From Thermofilaceae archaeon (GTDB lineage Archaea; Thermoproteota; Thermoprotei; Thermofilales; Thermofilaceae), in contig JAVYWK010000028.1 in the NCBI GenBank assembly GCA_038727095.1, positions 1-21,686 on the forward strand: a stretch of 21,686 bases of DNA, given 5' to 3'. Shown here piece by piece: positions 1-9,188 of this stretch. A program made the translations under genes and the position numbers. Under the pieces are notes generated by a model, which saw only the letters and a program-made list of their open reading frames with translations, did not search any database and was not told the DNA's origin. The first letter of the stretch is position 1; each line of letters begins with the position of its first letter.

Positions 1-516
1 GTAATTTCATCGGCTGCCGCGCTAAGCTACTGGCTAGCATCGAAGTTCGAGAAGCTTGAATCTAGGCTTAACAGGCTTGAGGACGTAATATGCAGGCATG
101 AGAGTGCTTTGCTCTCGTACAATGAGCTTCTGCTTAAAATCTTGGAGACCAAGGGCGTCCTCACACCCGTGGAGGGCTACGCGCTGATACATGCCCTAAA
201 AGCGTCCTTACCCAAGTCTTCAAGCAAGCACTACACGAGGGATGTTGAGGAGAGGCTCAAAGCCCTCCTAGACAAGGATCCTAAGGAGTACACGCTCGAA
301 GACGTAAAGGAGCTGGAGAGGATCGCCGACCTCATGTTCGAGGAGTATAGAGTCACTAGGAGGAAGGACCTCCTCGAGTACCAGGCCAGACTAAGGGTGG
401 CAGCACAGGTCATAAAGATCGTCTTCGTCGAACCGAAAATCCTCAAAGGCGAACAAGCGCTAAAACCCGGCCTTAAGACCCCTCTCAACGCCGGCACTGC
501 ACTCTCAACACGCTAG
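1..516 (+). CDS. Archaeal hypothetical protein (N-terminal hydrophobic segment + short coiled coil), 5'-partial
   Basis: Frame is open from base 1 (VISSAAALSYWLASKFEKLESRLNRLED...) into ORF 109..516, so the start lies outside the window. Coding-like composition. Confidence 0.7.
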   Translation, partial: VISSAAALSYWLASKFEKLESRLNRLEDVICRHESALLSYNELLLKILETKGVLTPVEGYALIHALKASLPKSSSKHYTRDVEERLKALLDKDPKEYTLEDVKELERIADLMFEEYRVTRRKDLLEYQARLRVAAQVIKIVFVEPKILKGEQALKPGLKTPLNAGTALSTR

Positions 517-825
517 CAGCACTACCCTACGCAGCAGGCAATCCCCTCCTTGAGTCCGGGCTCGCCTTTCCCTCATGCTTCTGTAGCCCTTAGCACGCTC
601 TCCTCAGAGCCTTACCGGTCGTACTGATCGTGCCTATCACGTAATGCGGGCGTGCTCACCTGCTTTTGCAGTGAGTTGCCGGCCGGTGTCAATGCTTCAC
701 TCAACGAAACCTTCATCTAGTCCAGAGCCACCTGCAACTCCCTATCCGTGTAGAAGAAAACAGAGCAGTTCTCTCCAGATTATTCAGTTCTGAGAAAATA
801 TTAGCGGCAAGCTTGCTATAAGTGC

Positions 826-1311
826 TCAGGTTGAATACACGAAGTTTGTTTCAGCCTCCTTTAGCGATAAGCCTTTACTGTCTTTCTCGCTCACAATAGC
901 TTCCCTGATCGGCCACTCTATCCCCAAGCTAGGGTCGCACCAGAGGATACACCTTTCGTGCTGGGGACTGTACTCCTTTGTTACCAGGTAGATGAAAAGC
1001 GAGTCCTCCAAAGCTTGGATGCCGAACTACGGCGAACCCCTTCTGATATCTACTGCTACATCGAAGACACGCCCCGAGACAACGGTAACCAGCTTACCCT
1101 GCTCCATCGGCCTCAACTGGTAGTGCAAACCTCTAACCACATCCCTCCTCGAGAAGCTCATGTTCACCTGCGCGAAGTCGTACGGGATTCCCGCTGCAGC
1201 GAAGTCGGTTCTCCTGTAGAGTTCCGCAAAATAGCCTCTCGCATCTTTGAAAATCTTAGCGTCAACAAGCACTACGTCAGGGATCTCAAGCCTCTTAAAG
1301 GTGAACGGCAT
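826..1311 (-). pseudogene. rmlC: dTDP-4-dehydrorhamnose 3,5-epimerase pseudogene
   Basis: MPFTFKRLEIPDV..DARGYF..RGLHYQ..QGKLV..G.VFDVAVDIRRGSP, then in-frame TAG at 1027-1029, then FGIQALEDSLFIYLVTKEYSP..ERCI.W.DP.LGIEWP..SEKD. The usual ~20-aa segment ending in GFAHG is missing between FG and QALED. Confidence 0.9.
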
Positions 1312-1315
1312 AGGC

Positions 1316-1665
1316 TCACCCCAAAGCCTCACGATAGCTCCTAATGAAGTGCTCTAGGCAAACCTTCAGCGGCGGTAGAGCTAAGCCCAAGGTCGCGGCC
1401 CTCGACGTGTCGAGGCTGGAGTCCCTCGGCTTCCTCGCCATCAATCTCACGCTGCTCATCGGAACCGCTCTAACCAAGCCCCTCTCCACTCCCAGGAGCT
1501 CTGCCGGCCGGAGCGCGAAGTCGTACCTGGACAACCTCTTACTTGCGAAGAGCAGAACACCGGTAACTCCTCTCCCAGCCACCTCCACCAGCCTTTCCGC
1601 GAGGAAAGAAGCGTAAATGAGCGAAATAAACTGGTCTTTAAAGCCGCTCCCTCACTTCCTGCCCC
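1316..1665 (-). pseudogene. rmlD: dTDP-4-dehydrorhamnose reductase, C-terminal fragment
   Basis: GQEVR / frameshift / FKDQFISLIYASFLAERLVEV..GVTGVL..RLSRYDFA..ARKPRDSSLDTSRA matches the RmlD C-terminus. The NAD-binding N-terminus is absent. Lies directly upstream of rmlC. Confidence 0.8.
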
Positions 1666-1672
1666 AGCTGCG

Positions 1673-2488
1673 ATGGCTGCAGCCGCTCTAAGCGGCGCGA
1701 GAAGTAGGTTCCAGTTGCTGCTGAGAGTGTTCTTCATCCTGAAACGGTTGCTGAACCCTCTGGGTCTTGAGGGGGTTTTAGCAGACGTTTCAAAGGGTAT
1801 CGTCGAAGTGAACGTGACCCTGCGGGATGCTGAAGCCAAGTACTCCGCCGGCGACTACAGCTCCGCCAGCAACCTGGCTTCCAGTGCTTCGGCTAGAGCT
1901 GGTCAGTTGATAGGCCTGGCCTTCGAGCTCTCCGTCAACGCTTTAAGGGGTTTCGCGGGCAACTTGAGGAGCTCTACGAGCGATTGGCTCGTGCTAGCTC
2001 TGCTGAACCCTACGGATAGCATACTGGGCAAGGTTTCCCCCACGTACGTGGACGCTTCGCTGGAGAGCATCGATTTGGCCTCTAAGATCCTACTGGCTGC
2101 CAAGAGGATCGCCGACGGCGCTCAGCTCGAAGAAAAGGTGGAGGAGCTGAACAGGAAGCTAGCTGATGCCGAGAAAATGCTGGACGCCATGCGTAGAAGG
2201 GTTGGGGAACTGGAGGGGAAGGTCGGCCAGCTCGAAGGCGAGAAGGCGCAGCTAAGCGCGAGCCTCAGTAGGGCAGAGGCGGAGCTCTCATCGGCGCGTA
2301 ACGAGCTCGAGCAGCTTAGGGCGGAGAACCAGCAGTTGAGAACTCGAAACGCGGAGCTGGAGCAGCAGCTCGCCAGCGCTACCTCCCAAGCGAATACAGC
2401 GAGGATTATTGCGGTTATGCTGCTGGCGATCGGCCTAGCTGCCGGCTTCGCGGTAGGCTACATTCTAAGGGCCAGGAAAAGGGCGTAA
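1673..2488 (+). CDS. Coiled-coil protein with C-terminal membrane anchor (start uncertain, possibly 5'-truncated)
   Basis: Long heptad region (LEEKVEELNRKLADAEK...LEQQL), then hydrophobic IIAVMLLAIGLAAGFAVGYIL and basic tail RARKRA. Confidence 0.7.
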   Translation: MAAAALSGARSRFQLLLRVFFILKRLLNPLGLEGVLADVSKGIVEVNVTLRDAEAKYSAGDYSSASNLASSASARAGQLIGLAFELSVNALRGFAGNLRSSTSDWLVLALLNPTDSILGKVSPTYVDASLESIDLASKILLAAKRIADGAQLEEKVEELNRKLADAEKMLDAMRRRVGELEGKVGQLEGEKAQLSASLSRAEAELSSARNELEQLRAENQQLRTRNAELEQQLASATSQANTARIIAVMLLAIGLAAGFAVGYILRARKRA

Positions 2489-2621
2489 TTGGACCATCTT
2501 CGCAGCCCTCCTTCTTTACCAATCGTCTTTGTAGATTCGCGCAACCTGCTAATAGATCAAGGAAACATGTGTAACAAAATACTAGAGGGGCGACGACTCT
2601 CCTACAGCCAATCCGCTGCTC

Positions 2622-3152
2622 TCACCTGCTTAGAGCCCCCTTTAAATCCGAGACGTCCCTTTGTATGTCGACGAGCACCTTACTTATCTCGAGAATAACC
2701 CCCTGAATGCTCGTGAGCACCTTCTGTAGATCGCCCAGCATCCTGTAGACGGAGTCGATCCTCTCGCTCAACCGCTCGTCCAGCTCGGTGATCCTAGCGT
2801 TGAGCGAGCCGGCTAACGTGTCCATACGCCTGTTCGTCTCATCAATACGCTTATTCGTCTCGTCGATCCGCCTGTTCAACTCCTCAATCCTCCCGCCCAA
2901 TTTCTCGTCGAGCATATCAATCCTCCTGTTCAACCGCTCGTCCAGCTCGGAGATTCGAGTATTGAGCGAGTCGGCCAACACGTCGATCCGCCTATTCGTC
3001 TCATCAATCCGCCTCGATAAGTCCCTCACGACGGCTATGGTGAGCACGGCCAAGTCCTCCGCCTTCAACCTCTCACCCTTCTCCACCTTCCTCACGATGA
3101 TCTCCAAGGCCTTATCAACCGCCACCGAAAGCAGCTATTCAGCCACAATCAT
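2622..3152 (-). pseudogene. PaREP15-like coiled-coil protein, copy 1 (nonsense codon near start; GTG at 3125 could restart)
   Basis: ATG at 3152 gives MIVAE*LLSVAVDK (TAG at 3135-3137), versus VGVAEQLLSLALDK in copy 2. Contains RIDETN[KR]R heptad/hendecad repeats. Confidence 0.7.
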
Positions 3153-3200
3153 CCCGTCAACACTGATAGAAAAACGTTACCAAGCTGACCGCAGTGCCGC

Positions 3201-3596
3201 TTAAAGAGGGGGAAGGGATGGAGCAAGCTCGCTTCGGCTTAGCGCTTCCTCGGTTAGCTTAACCAGCTTCTCTATTGCCGGCTTCCTAGCCTTAACTCCC
3301 TCGATTTCGATCTTCGCTTCATGAAACCCCCAAACGTGCAAGTAATTCGCAGCGTCCCATCCGATCCTTACATCAGCGCCGAGCTTATCGGTTAAAGCTT
3401 CAACGGCCCTTTCAAGCAGAATGACAGTCCACCTCCCCTTCTCCTCGGCAATCTCAGCTTCGCGAAGCCCAAAGTCCTTTGCGGGGAGCTTTATGCACTC
3501 CTCTGCAGCCTTATAGAGCTTCTCAGAGGCTTGAACAACGTCGCCTCTATCGATATAAACCTCTGATTCGCTAAGTAAGCTTCTAACAACTGACAT
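3201..3596 (-). CDS. PaREP1-family (HEPN-like) protein
   Basis: GDVVQASEKLYKAAEECIK...GRWTV.LL..AV...WDAA.YLHVWGFHEAK signature. Start placed at ATG 3596 after GGAGGG. Confidence 0.88.
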   Translation of the reverse strand: MSVVRSLLSESEVYIDRGDVVQASEKLYKAAEECIKLPAKDFGLREAEIAEEKGRWTVILLERAVEALTDKLGADVRIGWDAANYLHVWGFHEAKIEIEGVKARKPAIEKLVKLTEEALSRSELAPSLPPL

Positions 3597-3845
3597 GCCC
3601 TCCATTGAACCGCACCTTGAGATGAATCTCATAAGCCATCCTTAAGTCCTCTTAAGACTCAACTCAGAGCGGATAAGCAGATCGGCTGAAGAGCGCAAGC
3701 GTGGTTCAGCACGATCATCCCTCCGACAGAAACAGGGCTTCACAGCCATGGCTTAGGGAAGTAGAGGAGGCCGGGCTACCGCGTTCGCGTCTTCACTCGT
3801 AGTTAATTAAGCTTTGATCGATCTGAGGAAAACGTGATAATCGCG

Positions 3846-3926
3846 CTAGACCATCGGCAATCCCGTGGGTTTAAGCCGCCCTGTAACCGGGTCCACTTGA
3901 TACCCGAGCGCTTTGAGGGATGCGGC
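3846..3926 (-). pseudogene. 3' remnant of clan AA aspartic protease
   Basis: Translates AASLKALGYQVDPVTGRLKPTGLPMV*, matching the C-termini of the intact paralogs and remnant 14517..14615. Confidence 0.8.
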
Positions 3927-3929
3927 TAT

Positions 3930-4155
3930 TACTCATCACGTACTCCAGGATCCTAGTTGCTGCCCGGAGACGCTTCTCATCAGTATCCCTCGTATACGCT
4001 TCACTGAGCCCCGCGCCTGTAGCGATCGAATACCTTGAAACCCCCTGTCTTTAAACTCGGTATAGGAGGCTGTTTTCTCCTCTTCAGCCTCTCCAGCCAG
4101 AGCTGGCAGAATCCAGAGGCCTTACCATGATGATGTTTTGGACAGCTTTCACCAA
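3930..4155 (-). pseudogene. Possible degraded HEPN-domain gene
   Basis: Fragments VKAVQ.., LERLK.., KVFDRY.., YTRDTDEKRLRAATRILEYVMS across several frames resemble HEPN C-termini. Weak match. Confidence 0.3.
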
Positions 4156-4194
4156 TCTCACCCTCTACGCTCCGGGAGTCTCAAGTTCCTTTTC

Positions 4195-4234
4195 AAACCC
4201 TGTCTCACTTTCAGAGCGGAGAAAGGGGGGTCAA
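4195..4234 (+). mobile_element. Possible IS200/IS605-family right-end relic
   Basis: aaaccctgtctcactttcagagcggagaaaggggggtcaa resembles, from recall, archaeal IS605 right ends (ctcgcccttcagggcggggaggaggtca) and ends in TCAA. Confidence 0.3.
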
Positions 4235-4260
4235 ACTGCGGACGTGCACTCACGTTCTTC

Positions 4261-4291
4261 TGTATACAAAAAATTTTAAAACTTGTATACG
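4261..4291 (+). promoter_or_regulatory. vapBC promoter with inverted-repeat operator
   Basis: GTATACAA (4262-4269) and TTGTATAC (4283-4290) form a perfect 8-bp inverted repeat around the TATA-like TTTTAAAA, ~25-40 nt before the GTG at 4314. Confidence 0.65.
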
Positions 4292-4313
4292 TTTAACTGT
4301 TGGTTGTTTCGCT

Positions 4314-4541
4314 GTGAGTGCGGTGCTGAGCATACGTATACCGAGGGAGCTGAAGGAGAAGATGAGGGAGCTGAGAGACGTGGACTGGAGAGGAGAGGTA
4401 GTATCGTTTCTAATTGAGAGGGTGAAGTACTACGAAAGGTTAAGGATAATCAGGGAAGTGCGCAAGATCATCGATGAGGTACCTGCAGCTGAGCCAGGGA
4501 CGGCTTCGAGGTACGTGAGGGAGGATCGTGATAGTAATTGA
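4314..4541 (+). CDS. vapB: VapB-like antitoxin (ribbon-helix-helix)
   Basis: MSAVLSIRIPRELKEKM..VDW..E RHH-type N-terminus and VREDRD C-terminus. Overlaps the PIN gene. Confidence 0.85.
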   Translation: MSAVLSIRIPRELKEKMRELRDVDWRGEVVSFLIERVKYYERLRIIREVRKIIDEVPAAEPGTASRYVREDRDSN

Positions 4542-4935
4542 TGCTTCAGCGCTAGCCAAGTACCTGCTCCGAGAACCCGGCTACGATTCGGTGGAGAAGC
4601 ACCTGCTCGAGGGCACCTACTCAGTAGACCATGTAGTGAAGGAGGTAGCCAACGCTCTGTGGAAGCACGCAGTAATTCACGGGAAAATACCCCCTGAGAG
4701 AGCGAGGGAACTGTACAGGGCGCTCACAATGCTGATCGAGGGAGGACTCGTGGTGATAGAGCCGCAGGATAAGTACATGCGGGAGGCTTTCGAGATGGCC
4801 CTAACCTGCGGGATCACGGTGTACGACGCGCTCTACATCGCACAGGCAAAAGCGAGAGGCGCGAAGCTCCTCACATCCGATAAGGTTCAGCTAGCCGCTG
4901 CGGAAAAGCTGGGAGTAGAAGCCCTGCGCGCGTAA
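4528..4935 (+). CDS. vapC: VapC PIN-domain ribonuclease toxin
   Basis: IVIDASALAK...KEVANALWK...ITVYDALYIAQA...LLTSD, with intact PIN acidic residues. Confidence 0.92.
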   Translation: MIVIDASALAKYLLREPGYDSVEKHLLEGTYSVDHVVKEVANALWKHAVIHGKIPPERARELYRALTMLIEGGLVVIEPQDKYMREAFEMALTCGITVYDALYIAQAKARGAKLLTSDKVQLAAAEKLGVEALRA

Positions 4936-5037
4936 CCCCGGTTGAGGAATACGCGCCCGGAAAGGACCCCATCCCTGTCGCGTAGGAGGACCTCGCGGAG
5001 CCGCAGCCCAACAATCTCTATAGTGACTGTGGAACTC

Positions 5038-5361
5038 CTATGCTATCCTGACCAGCTCAGCCCTCTTCCTGTAGATTTCGAAAACGTCTCTCGTGACCAC
5101 GTGTATCTCGAAGGGGTCCGTGATGCCGTTCTTCCAGAGCTCCGCGATCACCTGAGCCGGCGCCGCGTCCGTAACCACCAGAACGTCTATGTCGCTAGAC
5201 AGCAGGCACTCCCCCTCGGCGACGCTGCCGAAAAGGTACGCTTCACCTCTTTCATCCAACCTCTTTACAGTGTCCGCTATCGTTTTCAGGTACTTGTCCA
5301 GGTCGCTGAAAATCCTCGCCCGGCGCTTCGCCTCACTAACCAGCAACTTTTCCGATAGCAT
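5038..5361 (-). CDS. Minimal nucleotidyltransferase (MNT)
   Basis: YLFGSVAEG...SDIDVLVV (GS-x-DxD motif), FEIHVV; 107 aa; overlaps the HEPN gene. Confidence 0.9.
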   Translation of the reverse strand: MLSEKLLVSEAKRRARIFSDLDKYLKTIADTVKRLDERGEAYLFGSVAEGECLLSSDIDVLVVTDAAPAQVIAELWKNGITDPFEIHVVTRDVFEIYRKRAELVRIA

Positions 5362-5728
5362 CCACCAGCTCCCTCACAACCCTCTCGAGCCGCGCAACCT
5401 CGTCGAAGGTGTACGCTCTGGCCACGCACCTAGAGGTTATGTACGCGTCCTCGAGCGCCCCAATCTCTACGCTGAACTTAGATAGCAGGGTCTTGATCTC
5501 CTCGCACTCTTTCACTTCGTACAGGAGCTCCATAAGCCTCCTCACGCTGTGCGTTCTCGGGTACTCTAAGCCCAGCTTCAGCAGCACAGCTTTGAGGTAC
5601 AGCTGCAAAGACTGCTCAAAGCTGAAGGCGGCCAAGTCGAAGAAGCCCCTCTCGATCTGCATGCGCGCGGTTTCGTAGAAGCGCCTCGACCTCTCGAGAA
5701 GACACTCGTACTCCTCACGCTTCGTCAT
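5336..5728 (-). CDS. HEPN-domain protein paired with MNT
   Basis: G.FDLAAFSFEQSLQLYLKA.L...YPRTHS..L...LEDAYITSR. Start at ATG 5728, ~30 nt from TATA-like CTTTATC (5761-5767, minus strand). Confidence 0.9.
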   Translation of the reverse strand: MTKREEYECLLERSRRFYETARMQIERGFFDLAAFSFEQSLQLYLKAVLLKLGLEYPRTHSVRRLMELLYEVKECEEIKTLLSKFSVEIGALEDAYITSRCVARAYTFDEVARLERVVRELVDAIGKVAG

Positions 5729-6241
5729 ACACCGCCAGTAATCCCCACGAGGATGATGCAGATAAAGCTTAGCCATCTGAAACAACGTTAAGCCCGCAAC
5801 CCCCAGCTCCCCGAAGCTCGCGGACAGCCAGCTCTAAGAAGTACGAGACGCCGTAGAGAAACCCAGGGATACTCAGCGTGATCTGCGAGCAGATCAGATG
5901 GGAAGCAAAGAAGGGCAGCGTCTCAAAAGAGGGGGAGAGAGCCCTGAAGCCCAGCAAGAGGAAACCGTCAGCCGCTTCACCCCGCAGTACTCCGGAAAAG
6001 CGCTTTCACTAGTGAGGCCTTACCCCGCAGGGTCCCAGCGCGGGCTCACTAGCTTGATCCCCACCCAAGTGCGCCGCTACCCATGTATAAACTTCATGTT
6101 ACTCGCCCCGGCTCTGAACTTACTTGAGCGAGGGGCAAGCCCGCATGCGCAAACCGATGCGGAGTGTTCAGCTCTGAAAGCCCTGGGCGAAAGAGAAGAG
6201 TTCACTCTGCTATCTTCAGGCGCGTTTCCCAAAGCTAGCCC

Positions 6242-6607
6242 CTAATAGAAGTATGCTAAGCCGGCCGGCCTGGTAGGCTCAAGCTTACCGCTCACAGGAT
6301 CCACTCTCAACCCCAGGTCCTCCAAAGTCCTCACCCCGAGAACACTTCTAGCCCCTTTAAAGCAGGCGACCAGCGTGGCGGCGGATCGATCCCCAACTTT
6401 CACCACGACCGCGTACACGCTCGCCTCGACCACTCTGCCGTCGCCGAGCTCCGAGCGAACCTTGTACGGTATAGGCCACGCACCCACCTTCTCGGCGATT
6501 TCCTCGTCCAGCACCGTGTAGCTCGCCCCCGTATCCACGAGCACGCCCCTCAAAGGTACCTCTCCCTTAGCACCCCTCACCACGACGTCGACGTAAACAT
6601 GCCCCAT
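6242..6607 (-). CDS. Single-domain clan AA (retropepsin-like) aspartic protease 1
   Basis: MGHVYV..LVDTGASYT..VLGVRTLEDLGLRVDPVSGKL. Confidence 0.88.
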   Translation of the reverse strand: MGHVYVDVVVRGAKGEVPLRGVLVDTGASYTVLDEEIAEKVGAWPIPYKVRSELGDGRVVEASVYAVVVKVGDRSAATLVACFKGARSVLGVRTLEDLGLRVDPVSGKLEPTRPAGLAYFY

Positions 6608-6910
6608 GCCGCCCCCCATCTCAAACCTGCGTCCGAAAACCTCGGAAAGCCACAACCCTTACGCTTTACGGCTAGAGGCACGGCTCCCGCGTCCGCACCA
6701 GCTAGGACACCCCAACCTCCAGCTTCTCCGAGAACCAGCCGGCACGCCAGCTCAGGGAAGTACGAGGCTCCGCACTAGTGACAGAAAACTGTGCAAGAGC
6801 ACCGGAGCACAGGATAAGCTCGAAAGATCACTAAACTTCCAACCCCTCACACCTCAGTCGGAGGGCAGGCCTCGGGGGACGGGGCGATCAGCCGGATTGC
6901 CTAACGCGGT

Positions 6911-7459
6911 TCACTGCTTCAGCAGCGCCCTCTTCAGGTCGGCCACATCCCTCTGCACTTCAACGAGCAGCTTACTCATCTCCAGCATCGTCTTCTGCAT
7001 CTCCACAACAGCCTTCTGCAAGTCGCCTAACACCTGGTAAACACCATCAATCCTCCCACTCAACCGCTCATCCAGCTCATCAATCCTCTTGTTCAAACGC
7101 TCATCGAGCATGTCGATCCTTCTATTCAAACGCTCATCCATCTCAGTGATCCTGGCGTTGAACGAATCAGCCAGCGCGTCGATCCGCTTATTCGTTTCAT
7201 CAATCCTCCTGTTCAACCGCTCGTCCAGCTCGGAGATTCGAGTGTTGAGCGAGTCGGCCAACGCGTCGATCCGCTTATTCGTCTCGTCGATCCGCCTGTT
7301 TGTCTCATCAATCCGCCTCGATAAGTCCCTCACGACGGCTATGGTGAGTACGGCCAAGTCCTCCGCCTTCAACCTCTCACCCTTCTCCATCTTCCTCACG
7401 ATGATCTCCAGGGATTTGTCGAGCGCCAATGACAGCAGCTGCTCAGCCACCCCAACCAC
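6911..7459 (-). CDS. PaREP15-like coiled-coil protein, copy 2
   Basis: Paralog of 2622..3152 with 7- and 11-residue repeats. TATA-like AAAACTTTATC at ~7482-7492 (minus strand) favours a GTG start at 7459 or 7450. Confidence 0.8.
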   Translation of the reverse strand: MVGVAEQLLSLALDKSLEIIVRKMEKGERLKAEDLAVLTIAVVRDLSRRIDETNRRIDETNKRIDALADSLNTRISELDERLNRRIDETNKRIDALADSFNARITEMDERLNRRIDMLDERLNKRIDELDERLSGRIDGVYQVLGDLQKAVVEMQKTMLEMSKLLVEVQRDVADLKRALLKQ

Positions 7460-7775
7460 ACCAATCCAGCCACCGCCAAAAGATAAAGTTTTACTAAACC
7501 ACAAAGCCTTAACACTGCAACCCCGCTTAAACTCCTCACCCTATCCACTTCAACAATACTGCGATACATGTTCGTCGGAAGCTCCCTCGATTTCGGCTAC
7601 CGGTAGAGCATCTCCACTGCTTGCTGCTCGAGCAACCCGGGTCCGCAGCGAGGAGTGCGCCCAGGGCTGCACCACGGCGAGCGCCTAGCTCTCCCCCTCC
7701 ACTGGCCACGAAACCGATCCCCTGCCCCCGCCCCTCTCCCTCAGCGATCCCCAATCCCGCATAGCTGCTCGCAAC

Positions 7776-8156
7776 CTACTTCAAAAGGCTCTCCACGATC
7801 CTCAGGTACCCCTCGGCTTTCCTAAGCTCCTCCTCGCGGTCCTCCGGGTCGAGAGCTCCCTCGTGGAAGCCCAGCACGTGCAGCTTTTAGGCTCTAGCGT
7901 AGAACTTGTCGTCGAGCTCCAGCTCAGCGAGCTCCGCTCTCCCAGCCACGAGCCTCCGCAGCATGGTTTTCCTCTCGACGTAACTGGAGGGCTTACCCAC
8001 CCCACTCCTCACGAGGAGCAGGTCGGTGGCCAGGAGCACGGCGAGCCAGGCCTTCTCGCAGGCATCCCTGAGCAGCAGGGGATCCCCGTTCTCCTTGAAC
8101 CTCTCGAACCCCTCGCGAGCGTGAGCTAAAGCCCTCCACGCCTCCTCGATGGACAT
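7776..8156 (-). pseudogene. PaREP1/HEPN-like gene with in-frame stop
   Basis: MSIEEAW..LRDACEKAWLAV..ATD..ERK.ML..FYARA, then TAA at 7887-7889, then KLHVLGFHEGALD..LLK* in the same frame. Confidence 0.85.
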
Positions 8157-8666
8157 GCGAGCCGAAAACACCGGGGCAGCTGCCCTAAAAACCCCTTGGG
8201 GGCGAGGCCCCAGGAACCCTCTTAGGCTGGAGAAAACGGAGCGTCGAGCAGTCCCCGAAGCGCACCCCGATGGCAAGAGCCCGCCCATCGCGAGACCTCT
8301 TCAAACCTCGAAGAGTCCGTCAAGCTAGAGACCGTCACGCCAGCAAGGCCCGCTCGCAACGACCGAGCGGCAAACCACCCGCTAAAAGACCCCCCATTCG
8401 CTGCGCAGATCCAACGATTCGCAACAGGGTCTTAGCCCAGTTCAGGTATCCCGTCTCGGTAGCCCCCTTCTTCACGAAGCTGGCTGCCGTACCGCCCTCT
8501 TTATTGTCGCTAGCTCCAGCGCGCTCACGCTCGTAGCTCCGAACCTCCGACGCTGCATTGACGCTAGGGGCTCCACCACCCGCGCAGCGCTCAATCAAGT
8601 TTTCACAGCTTCGCGTCTACGGTTCTAGTACGCATCGTCGTACCAACGCGCGCCGCGTTTCAAACG

Positions 8667-9188
8667 TCATGTCGTCTTCCTGATCTTTCCTGCTACGACT
8701 TGTCTAGTGAAGTTTAGTAACCATTCGGTTAGCGGTAGAGCAGCTTTTACGTCTTCCACCCTATACTTCGCCTCACGGAAACCCCATACGTGGATGTCGC
8801 ACGCATCCTTCCACGCGAGTCTAATCCTATCCTCCTTAAGGGTCTTGGATAGGTCCGTCGAAGCCATCCCTAGAAGCCAAGTATCCCACTTACCCCTCCT
8901 CTTAACTTCTTCAACCTGCGGCACGTTGAATACCTCCGCCAACGCTTTGATGCACTCTTCGACAGTTTTATACAACTTTTCAGATGCTTGAACCGCTTCA
9001 CCCTTCTCAAGGTATAAATTGGCCTCTTCAAAAAACCTCGATGCTAACTCTAGGCGAGCCTCAGAGATTTCCTCAGGATCCAGCTTAAGCTCCTGAGCTA
9101 AGACCCTTAAGATGAGGTCTCCGATGTCAAGGCCTCTCCTCTTAGCTTCTTCAGCAGCCCTCCTAGGAAGATACACGACCTCAACCAT
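8667..9188 (-). CDS. PaREP1-family protein with N-terminal extension
   Basis: VYLPRR..EEAKRRG..LDP..ARLELA..F..EA..GEAVQASEKLYK.VEECIKALA...IHVWGFREAK. The usual GFHE reads GFRE. Confidence 0.9.
   Translation of the reverse strand: MVEVVYLPRRAAEEAKRRGLDIGDLILRVLAQELKLDPEEISEARLELASRFFEEANLYLEKGEAVQASEKLYKTVEECIKALAEVFNVPQVEEVKRRGKWDTWLLGMASTDLSKTLKEDRIRLAWKDACDIHVWGFREAKYRVEDVKAALPLTEWLLNFTRQVVAGKIRKTT

Noticed and set aside
2760-3015. 21/33-nt repeats as a possible CRISPR array
   Set aside because: No unique spacers; the repeats are in-frame coding modules.
5769-6245. ORFs 5769..5957 (-) and 5898..6245 (+)
   Set aside because: No recognisable motif or promoter; probably decayed sequence.
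2788-7688. Long antisense ORFs 2788..3204 and 7089..7688 (also 958..1344, 4942..5358, 16966..17334 and others)
   Set aside because: Shadows of real genes on the opposite strand; their Ser/Ile/Leu/Phe periodicity mirrors the coiled-coil codons.
8270-8598. ORFs 8270..8536 (+) and 8335..8598 (-)
   Set aside because: No family motif and atypical composition.
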